A stretch of 64,000 nucleotides of DNA from the human T2T-CHM13v2.0 reference genome, Homo sapiens: NCBI RefSeq assembly GCF_009914755.1, contig NC_060925.1. One strand, 5' to 3'. Shown here piece by piece: positions 35,618-48,158 of the stretch. A model generated the notes under the pieces. It worked only from the letters and a program-made list of their open reading frames with translations, searched no databases and was not told the DNA's origin. Position 1 is the first letter of the stretch. Each line of letters begins with the position of its first letter. The position numbers and the translations under genes were made by a program.

Positions 35618-35748
35618 TTCTTTTGATATTTAGAGACGGTGTATCGCTATGTTGTACAGGCTGGCCTCGAACTCCTGGCCTCAAGCTATCCTCTGGCCTT
35701 GGCCTCCCAAAGTGCTGAGATTGCAGATGTGAGCCACTGCACCTAACC
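35618..35748 (-). mobile_element. Free left Alu monomer (FLAM_C-like)
   Basis: Single monomer with 13-bp TSD TTTATATTTTCTT (35605-35617, 35749-35761). Confidence 0.88.
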
Positions 35749-35769
35749 TTTATATTTTCTTAAATATAG

Positions 35770-36040
35770 CTTGGCCTAGTGCTTGAGAGCCTGATTTTTG
35801 GAGTCAAACAAATTGGGATTGGAGTTCCAGCTTAACTAGAGTCTCAGCAAGGTGGCTAACTTTTCAAAGCTTTAGTTTTCTCATCTGTAAAATAGAGATA
35901 TAATATTAATTTATAATCATAAAGTCATTAGGAAGTTTGCACTGATGTTGAAAGTGACCTTATGGATAATCATAATGGTTAATGTTTATTAAATAGCTTC
36001 CAGGTATCATCAAAAGCACTTCAACATGCTAGCCATTATG
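35770..36040 (+). mobile_element. MIR
   Basis: TTTGGAGTCAAAC..TTTAGTTTTCTCATCTGTAAAATAGAGATA core. Confidence 0.75.
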
Positions 36041-36529
36041 ATTTTTCCATAAAGTCATTTTAAATGGCAACAGTCTTGTATTCTATGGAGAGTATTCTGT
36101 GCTCTAGTTTACAATCCTGTAACTTATGTCCATGAAAAAAGCCAAGGACCTTCCTTAAGTTGTTGGGGTATACTAGATCCTAGGTCCTTAAGGCTGCCAG
36201 GAAAACTGCCAGTAATTTCCCTTAAACTCAAAGAGGCAACTGCAAAAATGTCAGTGGATCAGCAGATTAAAGGCCCTTGCAAGACATGACCTGCCTGACA
36301 AGCCAGGTTTCCTTATTTAGGCTGATGGTCCTGCCTGTGCCCACCTTCAGCCAAGGATCAAATCACAAGTGGTATCCATACTGGCAAATAGGCAGATTTT
36401 GTGAATTTTCTCTCTTAAAGGTGACTGCTCACACTCTCTGCTATCCTTTTAGGCAAAACTCAACTCCCATCCTTTCCGTAATTAAAGTGCAGAAATCAGA
36501 TATCTGAACTTGACCTTTTCTCTTTTGTA

Positions 36530-36860
36530 AAGTGGCAACATTGCCTTATAAGGAGAAAATGTATGAGGGAAAAGATGTAAATGACAGATATTTCGCCAGC
36601 TTTGGTGGCAGAGTGCAAGGAATCTTTGAAGGGAAGCGGAGGAGTTTGCAAAGAGGAAAAGGCCGCGGCTGCAAAAAGAGGAGGACTTTGCGATGTAGGC
36701 AACTTGCCTAGCCTCACACGTTTGCCTGCAGGTCCTACCCTGTGCTCTAGACTGTTTTATAAATTTATTTTGAAATGAATAAACCAGAGGAGCTGCAGTT
36801 TTGTTTTTGACCACACGATGGAGCCTTTGCCTCTTAAATGGGAAACGTTTGCCCATCTTT
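36530..36860. promoter_or_regulatory. Candidate enhancer with perfect CArG box CCTTATAAGG (36544-36553)
   Basis: Non-repeat sequence with locally retained CpGs; CC(A/T)6GG palindrome; GGCAAC..TTGCC palindromes at 36534 and 36698; RUNX-like ACCACA near 36810. Confidence 0.35.
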
Positions 36861-37294
36861 CATGGAAAGCCAAAAGGTTAGGGAGAGAAGTCGTCGAGCA
36901 TTCCATGATTTTTGCTGATATCTGAGCAGAGCCAGAGCTCCACGTTGCCCTCCATGAAGGAGCTGAAATTAGTTGTTTTTGCGTTGTTTCAATACCACCA
37001 ACCACTAGCCTACCAGCTATTCATTTGTGCTGGGTTTTGTTTCCTGGGATATTTTTCCACTCTTTTTTTCAGATGAATTCCTCTATTTTTTTTTCTTATT
37101 TAACTTGATTCTGAATTTTAAAGGCTAATTAGGGGAAAAAAGATTTGTCAAAAAAGTCATTTGGAGATTTACTGAGAAACAAGTTGACTGACTGCCCTTT
37201 TAAGTTTTTACTAAGACTTCCCGTCTTCTGCTCTCATGAGTGTAAATGTTCTTCAGGACTACTCAGTGAAAGAGACATCATGGTGCTTTCACTG

Positions 37295-37740
37295 ACATAC
37301 ACAAACATGCTGCGTTATACACACACACACACTTGCAGACACACACGCCTGCAGGCACACATGATCATTCACACATGTGCACACAATGCATTCATGTTCA
37401 TGCCAACACACATGCAACCATACATTCTCACACATGCTCATTGTTACACACACACACTTACGCATATACCCACACTCACGCACCTACTCACACATATAAA
37501 CTCACATGCATAAAATACTCACATCTGTGCTTACTAACCCACAGTCGATATCACACAAATACACTTATACAAACACTTTCACACAAACACACATTCACAC
37601 ATTCACCCACACGTCTTGTCCTCCACAGTATGCATACACACACTTATAAGCACACACACACATACTTACACATACTCTTTCACACGCGGACACACTCTCA
37701 AATTCACCCACAGACTTACAGCATGTATTTACATATAGAT
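37295..37740. repeat. Degenerate (CA)n low-complexity tract
   Basis: Direct reading. Confidence 0.9.
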
Positions 37741-38245
37741 CCCAAATAAAAAATAGAAAAATAAAACATTTTTCTGCTTCCCCAGTAGTACCTAGCACAG
37801 TGCTGAACATCAAGCAAAAGCAAAGAAACAAAAACAAAGCGTTTGAAATAGCAGGAAGAAAACATTTAACTGACCAGCTCTTTTCTGGGTAAATTTATTT
37901 TGAAAAAGCAAACATTGGCCCTTTTATCGCTCACCAAAATTTTGTTGTAAATGTCACAAACTGGAATTTGTGGCATAGCATACATAAAAAAGAAGTATCA
38001 AAAGTCAAAATATAATGCACACAAGAATGGTTACTTCTCTAAGAAAAATGTCCAAACAAGGCGTGGTGTGACCAATACTTCAAGATTAGCATAATCATTC
38101 CCATTTGACAAGGGAAGACACCAACACCTGGAGAAATTAAATGGCTTTTGTCACTAAACTAAAACCTTCTTAGCAGGGAGAATGTCTAACCCATCCCACT
38201 TGGTATCCATAATATCAGCAAAATGAATGCCTGCCTGACCCCTTG

Positions 38246-38657
38246 TTTTCCTCTTCCTCTTCCTGCTGCTCTTCATCTTCTCCTTCTTCTCCTTCTCCTT
38301 CTCATTCTCCTTCTTCTTATTCTTCTCCTTCTCCTTCTCCTCCTCCTCCTCCTCCTTCTCCTTCTCCTTTTTCTTCTTCCTCTTCTTATTCTTCTCCTCC
38401 TCCTCCTCCTCCTTCTCCTTCTCCTTCTTCTTCTTCTTCCTCTTCTTATTCTTCTCCTCCTCCTCCTCCTTCTCCTTCTCCTTCTTCTTCTTCTTCCTCT
38501 TCTTATTCTTCTCCTCCTCCTCCTTCTCCTTCTTCTTCTTCTTCCTCTTCTTATTCTTCTCCTCCTCCTTCTCCTCCTCCTTCTCCTTCTCCTTCTTCTT
38601 CTTCTTCCTCTTCTTATTCTTCTCCTCCTCCTCCTCCTCCTCCTCCTTCTTCTTCTT
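38246..38657. repeat. (CCT/CTT)n polypyrimidine tract with a higher-order VNTR unit
   Basis: TCTTCTTATTCTTCTCC anchor recurs with its A at 38319, 38388, 38448, 38505, 38553, 38616, 38658. Confidence 0.95.
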
Positions 38658-39835
38658 ATAATGTCAGTATGATTATCTGTCAGGGCCGGATGCCAAAAAG
38701 CATTCCTCTCACACACACTAAGAGTTCAGGCTTAATCTCATAGGCATAAATCAGCCATAAGTCTTAGTGCTGGAACAAACTTGTAACAACCTAAAACCAA
38801 GTGGAAGCATATACCCTGTTCCCAAACTGTGTTTCACATGCCCTCAGGCAGCCTCACTTATATTTAGCTTTTGAGTGACCAGGGCTAGCTTTATCTGGAA
38901 GAAAGAAAGAGTTTTTGCCTAAGAATAAACTATACAGTGGTTGACTTTCTTCAGCTATTATTTCGAGCTTGAATAGAATCAGAGTAGACTTGACCCAAGA
39001 TTTCCACAAAAGCAACAAAAGCAGTTGCTCACAAATAGGAACACTTGTGTGCTTTGTGGCTAAGCTGGGGCTGGCATGCCTCTTCTCCACCTTCACCCCT
39101 TACCCTGTACGGTCTGCAGTGCAATTAACTGGTATGAGCCGCTCTCTCCAGCAGGCCATGAGCTCCTTGAAGGTAAGGATCATGCTTTGTTCGTGAATCA
39201 TTCCACATATGATTCATATGATTCATAGCTGGCTCCACACACTGTGCTAGGGCCTGGAGTGACTGAGATGAGTAACACTGGTAGGGCCCTTGTGCTCACT
39301 CCGTAGACAATTCCAGTTCAGTGTCTTGAGTGCTATGATTGGGAACGTTCAGGGTGCAGTGGGGGTCACAGGGAGGCCACCCACAGTGTACTCCAGACGG
39401 TTTCTTGGAGGCAGTGAGGTCTAGGTCAAGTCTCAGTCAATCTTGAGAGATGTGTAAGAAGGCATTCTCCTTGGCATTTGGTCAATGACTTCACCCCTTC
39501 CCTACACGTCTGGTGAAGCAACAATAGGATGAAGGCGATTTGCAGAGAAGGCAGGAGGAAATATGTAAGCCAAGACTGAGAGCCACCTAGTTCCAGGCTC
39601 ATTTCCCTTGAGCACCCCATTAGCTCTTCCCAAACGCCCACCCCAGAGAGAGCTCCTTTGCTTGGCTCCCCTCCAATCCCCTCCTCTGTGCCCACCTCGC
39701 TGGCTCCACCAACCTGTCCTACAAGTAATGACTTAGGACTTTTTAAAGTTTCCTCCTTTTCCATCCTTCCTTTTAACCCCAACAGCTTTAGTGAAAACTT
39801 GCCAGAAACAACCTGCCAGGCCAGCTGAGAGAGGG

Positions 39836-40195
39836 AACGGCTGGTGGCCCAGTGCTTCCCCGCCGGCCGTTCTCTCCGCAGGTGCCCGGCCCCTGCCTCC
39901 GAGTGCGCCTCGCGGAGCGCAAAGCGCTGTCACGACTCGGTGGCCGAGGTGATTAATTAGCGGCGTGGCCGTGCGGGGGACGCGTGCTGGCCTCCACATC
40001 TGCCCCGTGCCAGCAGGGGTCAATATGCGGTGTCACTGCTTTCCCTCTCACTCCCTCCAAAGCCTAATTGGCTGTGACACGCGGGCCAGCTGTTGTGAGA
40101 GGTGGAGCACGGCGGGCGTTTTCCAGGACGGAGGCTGAGGGCAGGTTGACGGGCCTGTGGAGAATGTGTGCTGCTTCCTGCAGGCGACCACGTCT
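39836..40195. promoter_or_regulatory. Small non-repeat CpG island (orphan CGI / candidate enhancer or promoter)
   Basis: About 30 CpGs in ~360 bp against a CpG-depleted background; contains CTGTCA, TGATTAATTAG, CTAATTGG and CCAGCAGGGGTCA. Confidence 0.7.
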
Positions 40196-40944
40196 TTGTT
40201 CCAAGGCTAGGGCAGGCTGGAGGCTCTGGGCACTAGCATTCTGTTTCTTTCTCCTGGCTTTCCTCCTGGTCACAGCCAGGAGGTTGGGTACGGAGGAAAA
40301 AGGAGAAGTTTCAGGGGTCCATAAAGGGGCATCAGGCAGCACTCCTGTCCCCTGAACAACCAGAAATCTCTCCCTCTCCCCAAATGAAATCATTGTGCCA
40401 CTATCAATACTGTGGAATAAATTAGATCTCATTTCTTTCTGCTTAGGAAAATATGGGCTGGGGTTGGGAAGAGAAGAGAGTGAATGGGGTAATTTTGGAA
40501 GCTTGGGCACGGGGAGAGTAAGATGCCAGGGCTGATAGGGGATCTGCACCTCCAAGAATTGGCTTGAGCATAGGAGGGAGATAGAACAGTGCTAGAAGCA
40601 GATACAGGCCTGGTATTGGCAAAATCGCAAAGGGTTTTTTCCCAATATGATTAGAGAGGGAATACCCTTTTTAAAAAATAGTCTTGCAAAGATGTTTTAG
40701 AATATCTCCCTACTCATAACAGAAGTGTCCTGAAAACCACCCTGATGATAATATTCTAACAGAATGAGCCATGCATCTCCCTGGATTGAGGAGAAAGCAA
40801 AGGGGAAGGGTCCTAACATTTATTGAGCCCCCACAGCATGCCAGGAAGGGTCCTAAGCACTGCTCTAATCTTTGGAGAGGCTGAGATAGGCTCCTTGGTC
40901 TCTCCAGATCCCGCCACTCAGGATTGACCTAGGTGACCAGTTTG

Positions 40945-41200
40945 AATGATTGGTTCATTTGTTTAATTCAGTCCACAACTTTTATGGAACCTAACTCTGG
41001 GGCAGACACTGTGATGGGCACCAAGATGAGGAGCTGGAGGAGTCTACAGGTAAGGCTAGGGAGCAAAACAAGGCAACATGACAACCCAGGGTGGGAGGTG
41101 GGATGGGAGTGTCAGGGTTAGGGTCCAGGGAGGCTTCCTGTGAAGGACATTCTGAGCTGAGTCCTGAGGCTGAGCAGGCATTCATCAGGAATCAGTGGCA
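40945..41200 (-). mobile_element. L2 fragment
   Basis: TTCATTTGTTTAATTCA..CAGACACTGTGATGGGCAC..CAGGGAGGCTTCCTG..TCTGAGCTGAGTCCTGA. Confidence 0.7.
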
Positions 41201-43290
41201 GAATTTGGGCACGGAGAGAAGCAAGCTTAGACCTGGGGCAGGCCAGATCGTTAGTGCTGGGGGGCACCATAGCAATCATCTACTTCCCTCTGCTCAGTCT
41301 GGAACTCAAAGAAGGCCAAGAGCTGGGCAGGTATGGGCATTTCTCCCCCTTAACTATATGGACAAAACCTTAAGACCATCTTCCTTTTAGAGAGCTGGAG
41401 GGCTGCTTGGGCCCACAAGTGAGAAGAGGGGATTAGAGAGGGCCTGGAGGTCCCTCAACCAGTAGGACAGTAATAACCTCATTAGGAGGGAGGGGGCTTT
41501 GTGGCACAGGTAGCATCAGTTACCACCAACGGCCCTGCAGCTGACTGCATGCTGTCAGCAGTTTGAGCAGCCCATAATTGCCTTTATTGCAGAAGCTCCT
41601 GCCTCACACCTCACTTCTCATTAGCCCCCTGCCGGGCTGCCACCCTGGCAGATGAGGAAGTGCTGTTGTGTCCTCAGCCCCGCTCCACCTCCTGGACCAC
41701 CATCCTGCCGCTCCCACCCCTCCCCTACCCAAGCGAACAGTCGCCTTCTCTCCTCATTCTCCTCCAGCCCTTGAATCAGGGAGCTAGAGAGGAAACAGAG
41801 AAATTAGCTTCATCCTTGGCTCTCTTGTGTCTAAACATTCTGATGTCCTCATTAAATGTAAAGGAAACATTCTCCACTGTGCTGTCCAGCTAGAGCAGCA
41901 GGCACTTTTTACTCTTGGTTAAGTGTGGGCTGTTGCTCACATCACTCAATCAGCTCATGTTTGGACCATGCAGGATGGGCAAGGCACCTTGATAGAGAAC
42001 AAGGGTGCTCCTTCAGACACTTGCAGTTTAACTGGGGCGGGGTGATATCACAATGTACGAAGGAAAATAACAGCACAGCAATGCAAGAGATGTCTTGATG
42101 CTGAGTGAGTAGCTCGAGGAACAAGTAGAATGAATTTAAAGGAAATGAGGAGCTAGGGCTTGACAAATACTTAACTGGCCTACGATATGCTACTGACGAG
42201 AGCTACAGGGATGAGTCCAGGTGTGTTCCCCTGACCTCAAGGAGGTCACAGCAGGGAGATGAAGACTGAGTCCTGTGACATTTAAGGCAAAGTGCACAGT
42301 GGGAGCAGGGACATTGGGTGAGGGAAAGACCGAGCATGCAGAGAGAGCTGGCAGAGTGGAACAGGGTGGGATGGGGCTGTGACAGAGCGGGCCTGCCCAG
42401 TGCTGCAGACCAGCATGGGCACAGCACCTGCTCTAAAAGGGTTTTGCATAATCTGCAGCCACTCCTTTCATTGTACTCTTCTCTTCCTATGTACCACGAA
42501 CAGCAGGCTCCAACCTAGGGCTTTGTAGCACAGGCCCGGGCTGCTCAGAGCCTGAGGGGCTCACTGCTACTCCTCATCTCCTCTCTGCCTCCCATGTGGC
42601 CGGCACAGTGGGTTTCCTTCATTTTCTACATCAGTCTTGTGAGAAGTTGAAATTTCTCTGCATAATGGATTCTCTTTCTCTTAATGTTTGTGGTCCACCT
42701 GTTTGTTTTTGGGATTTTTCATACAGAAAGATCCGGGAAGTTTTTTGGAAAGTTAAGGTAAAACAACCAATCACTGTCTAGTTTTAACTATGCATTATCA
42801 AGAAATAGGCTTTACTGATTTCCAATCAACTCACTCCTACCATTGATACCACCTCCCAGAGCAGACTAAATTCTTGATGTAATGAGCTAAGCAGTACTTC
42901 TGGCATCGGAAAGGCATGCCTTCTTAATTGCTTCAGTTAGGATTCTCATAGCTTTCCTCTGCCTGCCAAGTGCAGAGCCCAGCATTCAGCAAATGTGCTG
43001 GTAAAATGGCACCACTTTCTCTGATCCCTCAAGGTCATCCAGTGGAGGTGTGAGGACAGCCAATTAAAGCTGAATCAGGTGCACCTTTGTGAGGGGAAAG
43101 GTGATAGCTGAGGCTCAGACAGAATTGAGATCTCTACCACCTGTTCAGCATCTCCACCTGCCATGCAGAGCTTTGCTGAGCTGCTGGAGATAGCAGTCTG
43201 TCTAGTCTGTCTTGGGACATCTTTTTCTTCACTTCAGTCTTGCTTGCCTCTCTGAGTTTGGTGTTTGCCTGGCTCTTCTAGCCCTCTATG

Positions 43291-43622
43291 GCAGCTTTTC
43301 CAGAATATGTTTAGTGGAAATCTAGACCCATCAATCACTTAATTTAAAAAAAAAATAAATAATAAAATAAAATAAATAGTTGGGAGATTTCTGGTTCTAT
43401 CATCATATGTGTTTTGGAATTGTGACCTCCTGCCCCTGCCTCTTGGGAAACCACTGTGCACATTAGCCTATTTAAGGCTCTGATAAGTCTTGCAGCTCAG
43501 AAAATCTGGTTTAATTTATTGTAGATGCTAAATGGATTTCATTACTGAGGCCCCATTTTTATGGAACAACTATTAGCATCTCATAGAACTTGGGGTTTGT
43601 AGAATACACTTTGGGTAGATGT
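43291..43622. mobile_element. MER103C-like hAT-Charlie element
   Basis: CACATTAGCCTATTTAAGGCTCTGATAAGTCTTGCAG..GGAACAACTATTAGCATCTC..AATACACTTTGGG. Confidence 0.65.
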
Positions 43623-43968
43623 TGCTGGCCTAAAGGATCATCAATAATAGTTTGAGATATACTAATTTACCAGGCTACCTTGGAAATGCAAAGCCTTCTG
43701 GAACCAAAAGAGTAATTCTTTCTTGACAACCAATGGCTAGGCAGATGGCAGCCCCACTCCTATTTTTGAAATCATATCACATGGCTGATCACCTACTCCA
43801 TACAGTTAACCAACACAGAGAGGGAAGTTAAATAGAGGCACTGGGCTTCTCTTCAAAAATAGAAAGCCTGCCTTATTTTGTGACAGAGACAGAAAGTTGA
43901 AATATATCCACTCAAGTAAATTGATGATTTTCTCATACAATTTATTTAGGAAAACAAAAATCCATATG

Positions 43969-43991
43969 CACACACACACACACACACACAC
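43969..43991. repeat. (CA)n microsatellite
   Basis: Direct reading. Confidence 0.9.
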
Positions 43992-44199
43992 AATGACAAT
44001 CAAACAAAGAAGGATGGGAAAGCCACCTTTATTTTAATCCAAATTTGCTGTCCAGCATGTAACTGGTTAGCCAAAACAAGCACTGTATATGAACACAAGG
44101 AGGTAATAAGTAGTTATTAAATAAACAGTGCACATCATCTCTTTTCCATATCTTCTGAAAACAAACAAAAAGTGAGGTAAAATTGCAGCAAGAGATATT

Positions 44200-45010
44200 G
44201 TTTCATCCATTCTTTAACAAGCATTTATAGGGTACCCACTACACTAAGAAGAAAGAGAATATTTAGGTGAATAAGGTATCAGTCATGCCCTCAAGAACTT
44301 AGCAGCTTTGTAGGAGAATTAACATGTAGACTCTGAAACTATAATCATAGAATCACTGGGCTTTAATCAGAGGCTTCTTAGAGGCCATACAATTTAAGCC
44401 ATCATGTTGACACATGAGGAAACAGAGGCTTAAGGAGACTGCAGAATGCATTTAAGGCCACATGCCGTTTCAGTCACAGAGCTGAAGCTTGCATTGTCCT
44501 CCTGACTCCCACCAAGGCTCCTCCTCCTACTCCATGAAGAGTGTGATAGAGCTCCTAAGAGTTGCAACCAAAGTGCTATGGAGGCTTAGAGGAGAGGCCC
44601 TCCAGAAAACAAGACATTTAGGCTGAATCTTTAGAAATAAGTAAAATTTTGACAGGTTGGAGACAGTACTAAAGATGAAAGGGCATTCCAAGAGGATGGA
44701 AAAGCAAACAAAAGTTTAGAAATGAAGAAGTGCAGGGCAGATTTGGATTACAGAAAAACCATCCAATTCTTGGTCAGATACTTGGTAGAAGGGAAACATC
44801 TTATAATGGAATTGACCCTGAAAGATTGGTAGAGCTAAAACCCTGTGGAGCCCAGTCAAACCAAGGGCTAGATGAGGTCAGCAAGCCATGGTTTGAGCCA
44901 TGTGCAGGAGCTGTGGAAACTGTTGCATTATCAGGCCAAAGCAAGACATGCTGCAGAAGGATAAGGGCAGCATAGCAGGGAACAGAGGGTGAGATGCTAG
45001 AGACTTAGGA
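44200..45010 (-). mobile_element. L2 fragments with an interposed MIR (~44345-44530)
   Basis: TTCATCCATTCTTTAACAAGCATTTAT..TGCCCTCAAGAACTTAGCAG; ATGAGGAAACAGAGGCT MIR core; GACATTTAGGCTGAATCTT..GGGCATTCCAAG. Confidence 0.65.
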
Positions 45011-46631
45011 GGTGCAGAAGATGAAAATTGTTGGAGTGCTCAGAAGGAAGTACGTCTAGATGGTGAATGACATTAACTCATAGGATTTTTCTGGAGTTGG
45101 GATCAGGGGTGATGAAGTCTCCCCTCCACTAAAACTTTTAATAGCAGGTTCAGTGTCATCAATTCATCTCTCAAAGTGCTCTAGTTTTGTGCCTGGTAAG
45201 GACTGAAATTGAGGAGGGAGGGTTATGAACCCTCAACATTCTTTTAGCACTTGGGGTAATATAAAACTTGGGAAGAGAATTACCCTCCTGAAGCTTGGCA
45301 TTATCAGAGTACGCAATTAAAAAAAAACTGAGTATTGACCTCACTCTGACAGGGTGTCATCATACTAATGATTTCAGATTCCTTCTCTTTCATTCATATT
45401 CTTTCTTTTTAAATTAAACAGATGCCCATGTATACATATTTAATTGCTGGGAAATTCTTCATCAAGGAAGACCTTGGTGATCAAACAATGCTTGATCAGT
45501 ATTTCCATTTGCTAGAACTTTTTCTTGGCATCTTTTGCAATATTGTTTTGCCTAGCATTGGAGAGATTTACAAGTGGATTTTTCAAATACTCTTTCAAAC
45601 TGATCACATGAGTCACCTCATATTTGAATATAAGCAAATAATCTAAGTAAAATGTTTTGATGCTTCCAAATATTCAGACACTTGTCATTGTAGAGTCAAG
45701 ATACTCTACAATATAAGAGACTCATATATTTTTACATAGCTAATGATACAGATAGTCAATATTATGATGACACAGGCTCAGAACTGGGTCACAGTTTAAT
45801 TATTTGGCAAGAAGAAACTGATTTGAGTGTTCTTTGCAAATTCACTTTTGTGATTCTTGCCATTCTTGCACAATGCTATTTCATACCAACACACACACTC
45901 TTTCCCAAAGAGGTCTTTATCTGAATGCCAGCAAGGCTGTGAAAACACCTCCAATCCCTGTGACCACAGGGTTTACTGCTGTTTCTGAGAGGGGAAGGAG
46001 AGCTGAAGGACCCAGCCTTATGTTCAAAGCATAAAATCAATAAGCCCTTTCTAACAAATTAAGAAGAAATGAAAGGAGGGGGAAAACAAAGAAGGAAAGA
46101 AAGAAAGGCAGAGACAAGGAGGAAAGAAGGAGAATGATTCAGGATAAACCCACTCTGTGCTGATATATGCTCTGCAAAATAATAAAGAAACACATAGAAG
46201 CCCGGCTGTGCATGTGTGTAAAGAAATCACGTGCGTATATCACAGTAGTAATTAAAACCTCTCAGTCAGATGCTATAGAGAGATTAGTTGTCACATTGTG
46301 TTAAAGGAATCCTTGCCTTATTCCCTAGAAGGGGACAGACTGCCTGCCGTCCTGTCATCTGTTCCTGTGCTAGAGTGACCCTCAGCCAAAATGCCTCACT
46401 GACAGATTCTGTGCACAGAAGAAGCCCTTTGCAACTCGGGACCGTTCTGCCACTAAATAAGAGAAAAAATGGATCACATCTACATGCCCAGATACTCTAA
46501 CCTTGTGTCCCAACAGTCAACCCAGTTGTCTTCAACGAAGACCCTAAATGCTATGCAAAACTCTCACTTTCCAGTCTTGCTTTTCAGGAAGGTCAGTTGA
46601 GAAATTCAACAGGCAACCAGGAAGGGGCAGG

Positions 46632-46760
46632 AGTAAAGTGGTACAGCAGAAAGAAACTTGGTCTGGAATTCAGGGGATAGTTTCTGGTCCTCAGCTCCAT
46701 CAGGGAGTATAAAACCTTAGCTGAGTACCTTGATTTTCTCATCTATAAACTGAGGGGATC
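46632..46760 (+). mobile_element. MIR fragment
   Basis: GTGGTACAGCAGAAAGA..TTTTCTCATCTATAAACTGAGGGG. Confidence 0.6.
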
Positions 46761-47435
46761 ACCTGGTTCCAAGTCAACCACAATTCTGTTATCCTCACCA
46801 AGTACAACAGATGATGTAGTCAATAAGCTGAATGAAGAGCAATGAGGTCTATGGACATTTTTTCCTTGCCAAATAACCTGTTGATTCAGTCAAATATTTT
46901 GTCAGCCTACTGAAAGGGAAAAAACCCTGGTTTTCTTTATCTGCCCATTTGTTCAGAACTTGAATCTATTCCTTGCCCTCCAAAAAATGTTGATGCAAAT
47001 TGATTTTATAATGATGATGACCATGAAGATTTTTTCTTCCTTTAAATTCAAACCTTTCTTTTAGGAAACCTTTGCATGTTAACTACACGATTGTAGAAAA
47101 TGAAAAGTTAAGTGAAATTGCTGAAATGTTAGGTTCACATGACACCACAAGTCTCCATCCACATGGTCCAGTACGAAAGGGTACTGGGCAATCCCACAGT
47201 GACAGATTTGGCCTTGCTTGGTGCACGTACTTCAGGGTGGGAAGGCTGACTCTGGTACCACTTACTAATCAAGATCAATGGCTTTATTTACCCTCTGTGT
47301 TCTCACTACTGACTCACCATCTGTAAAAATGTGAGTTTCCCACAGTCCAAGGTTTGTTCATAAAACTTACGTGTTCAGACACTGGATCCCATCTGATGGT
47401 CCAGAGTTGATGAGACTCAATAGCAACAAATTACT

Positions 47436-48158
<723 letters not shown>

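Noticed and set aside
37145-37837. His/Thr-rich and Cys/Val-rich ORFs
   Set aside because: Translations of degenerate (CA)n sequence
38223-38743. ORFs encoding extensin-like SPPPP/SY, poly-Leu and poly-Arg peptides
   Set aside because: They are translations of the (CCT/CTT)n repeat, which cannot contain stops; no splice or promoter support
39733-40555. GC-rich ORFs of 95-163 aa over the CpG island
   Set aside because: Expected from low stop-codon frequency in GC-rich DNA; no recognisable protein, mostly non-ATG starts
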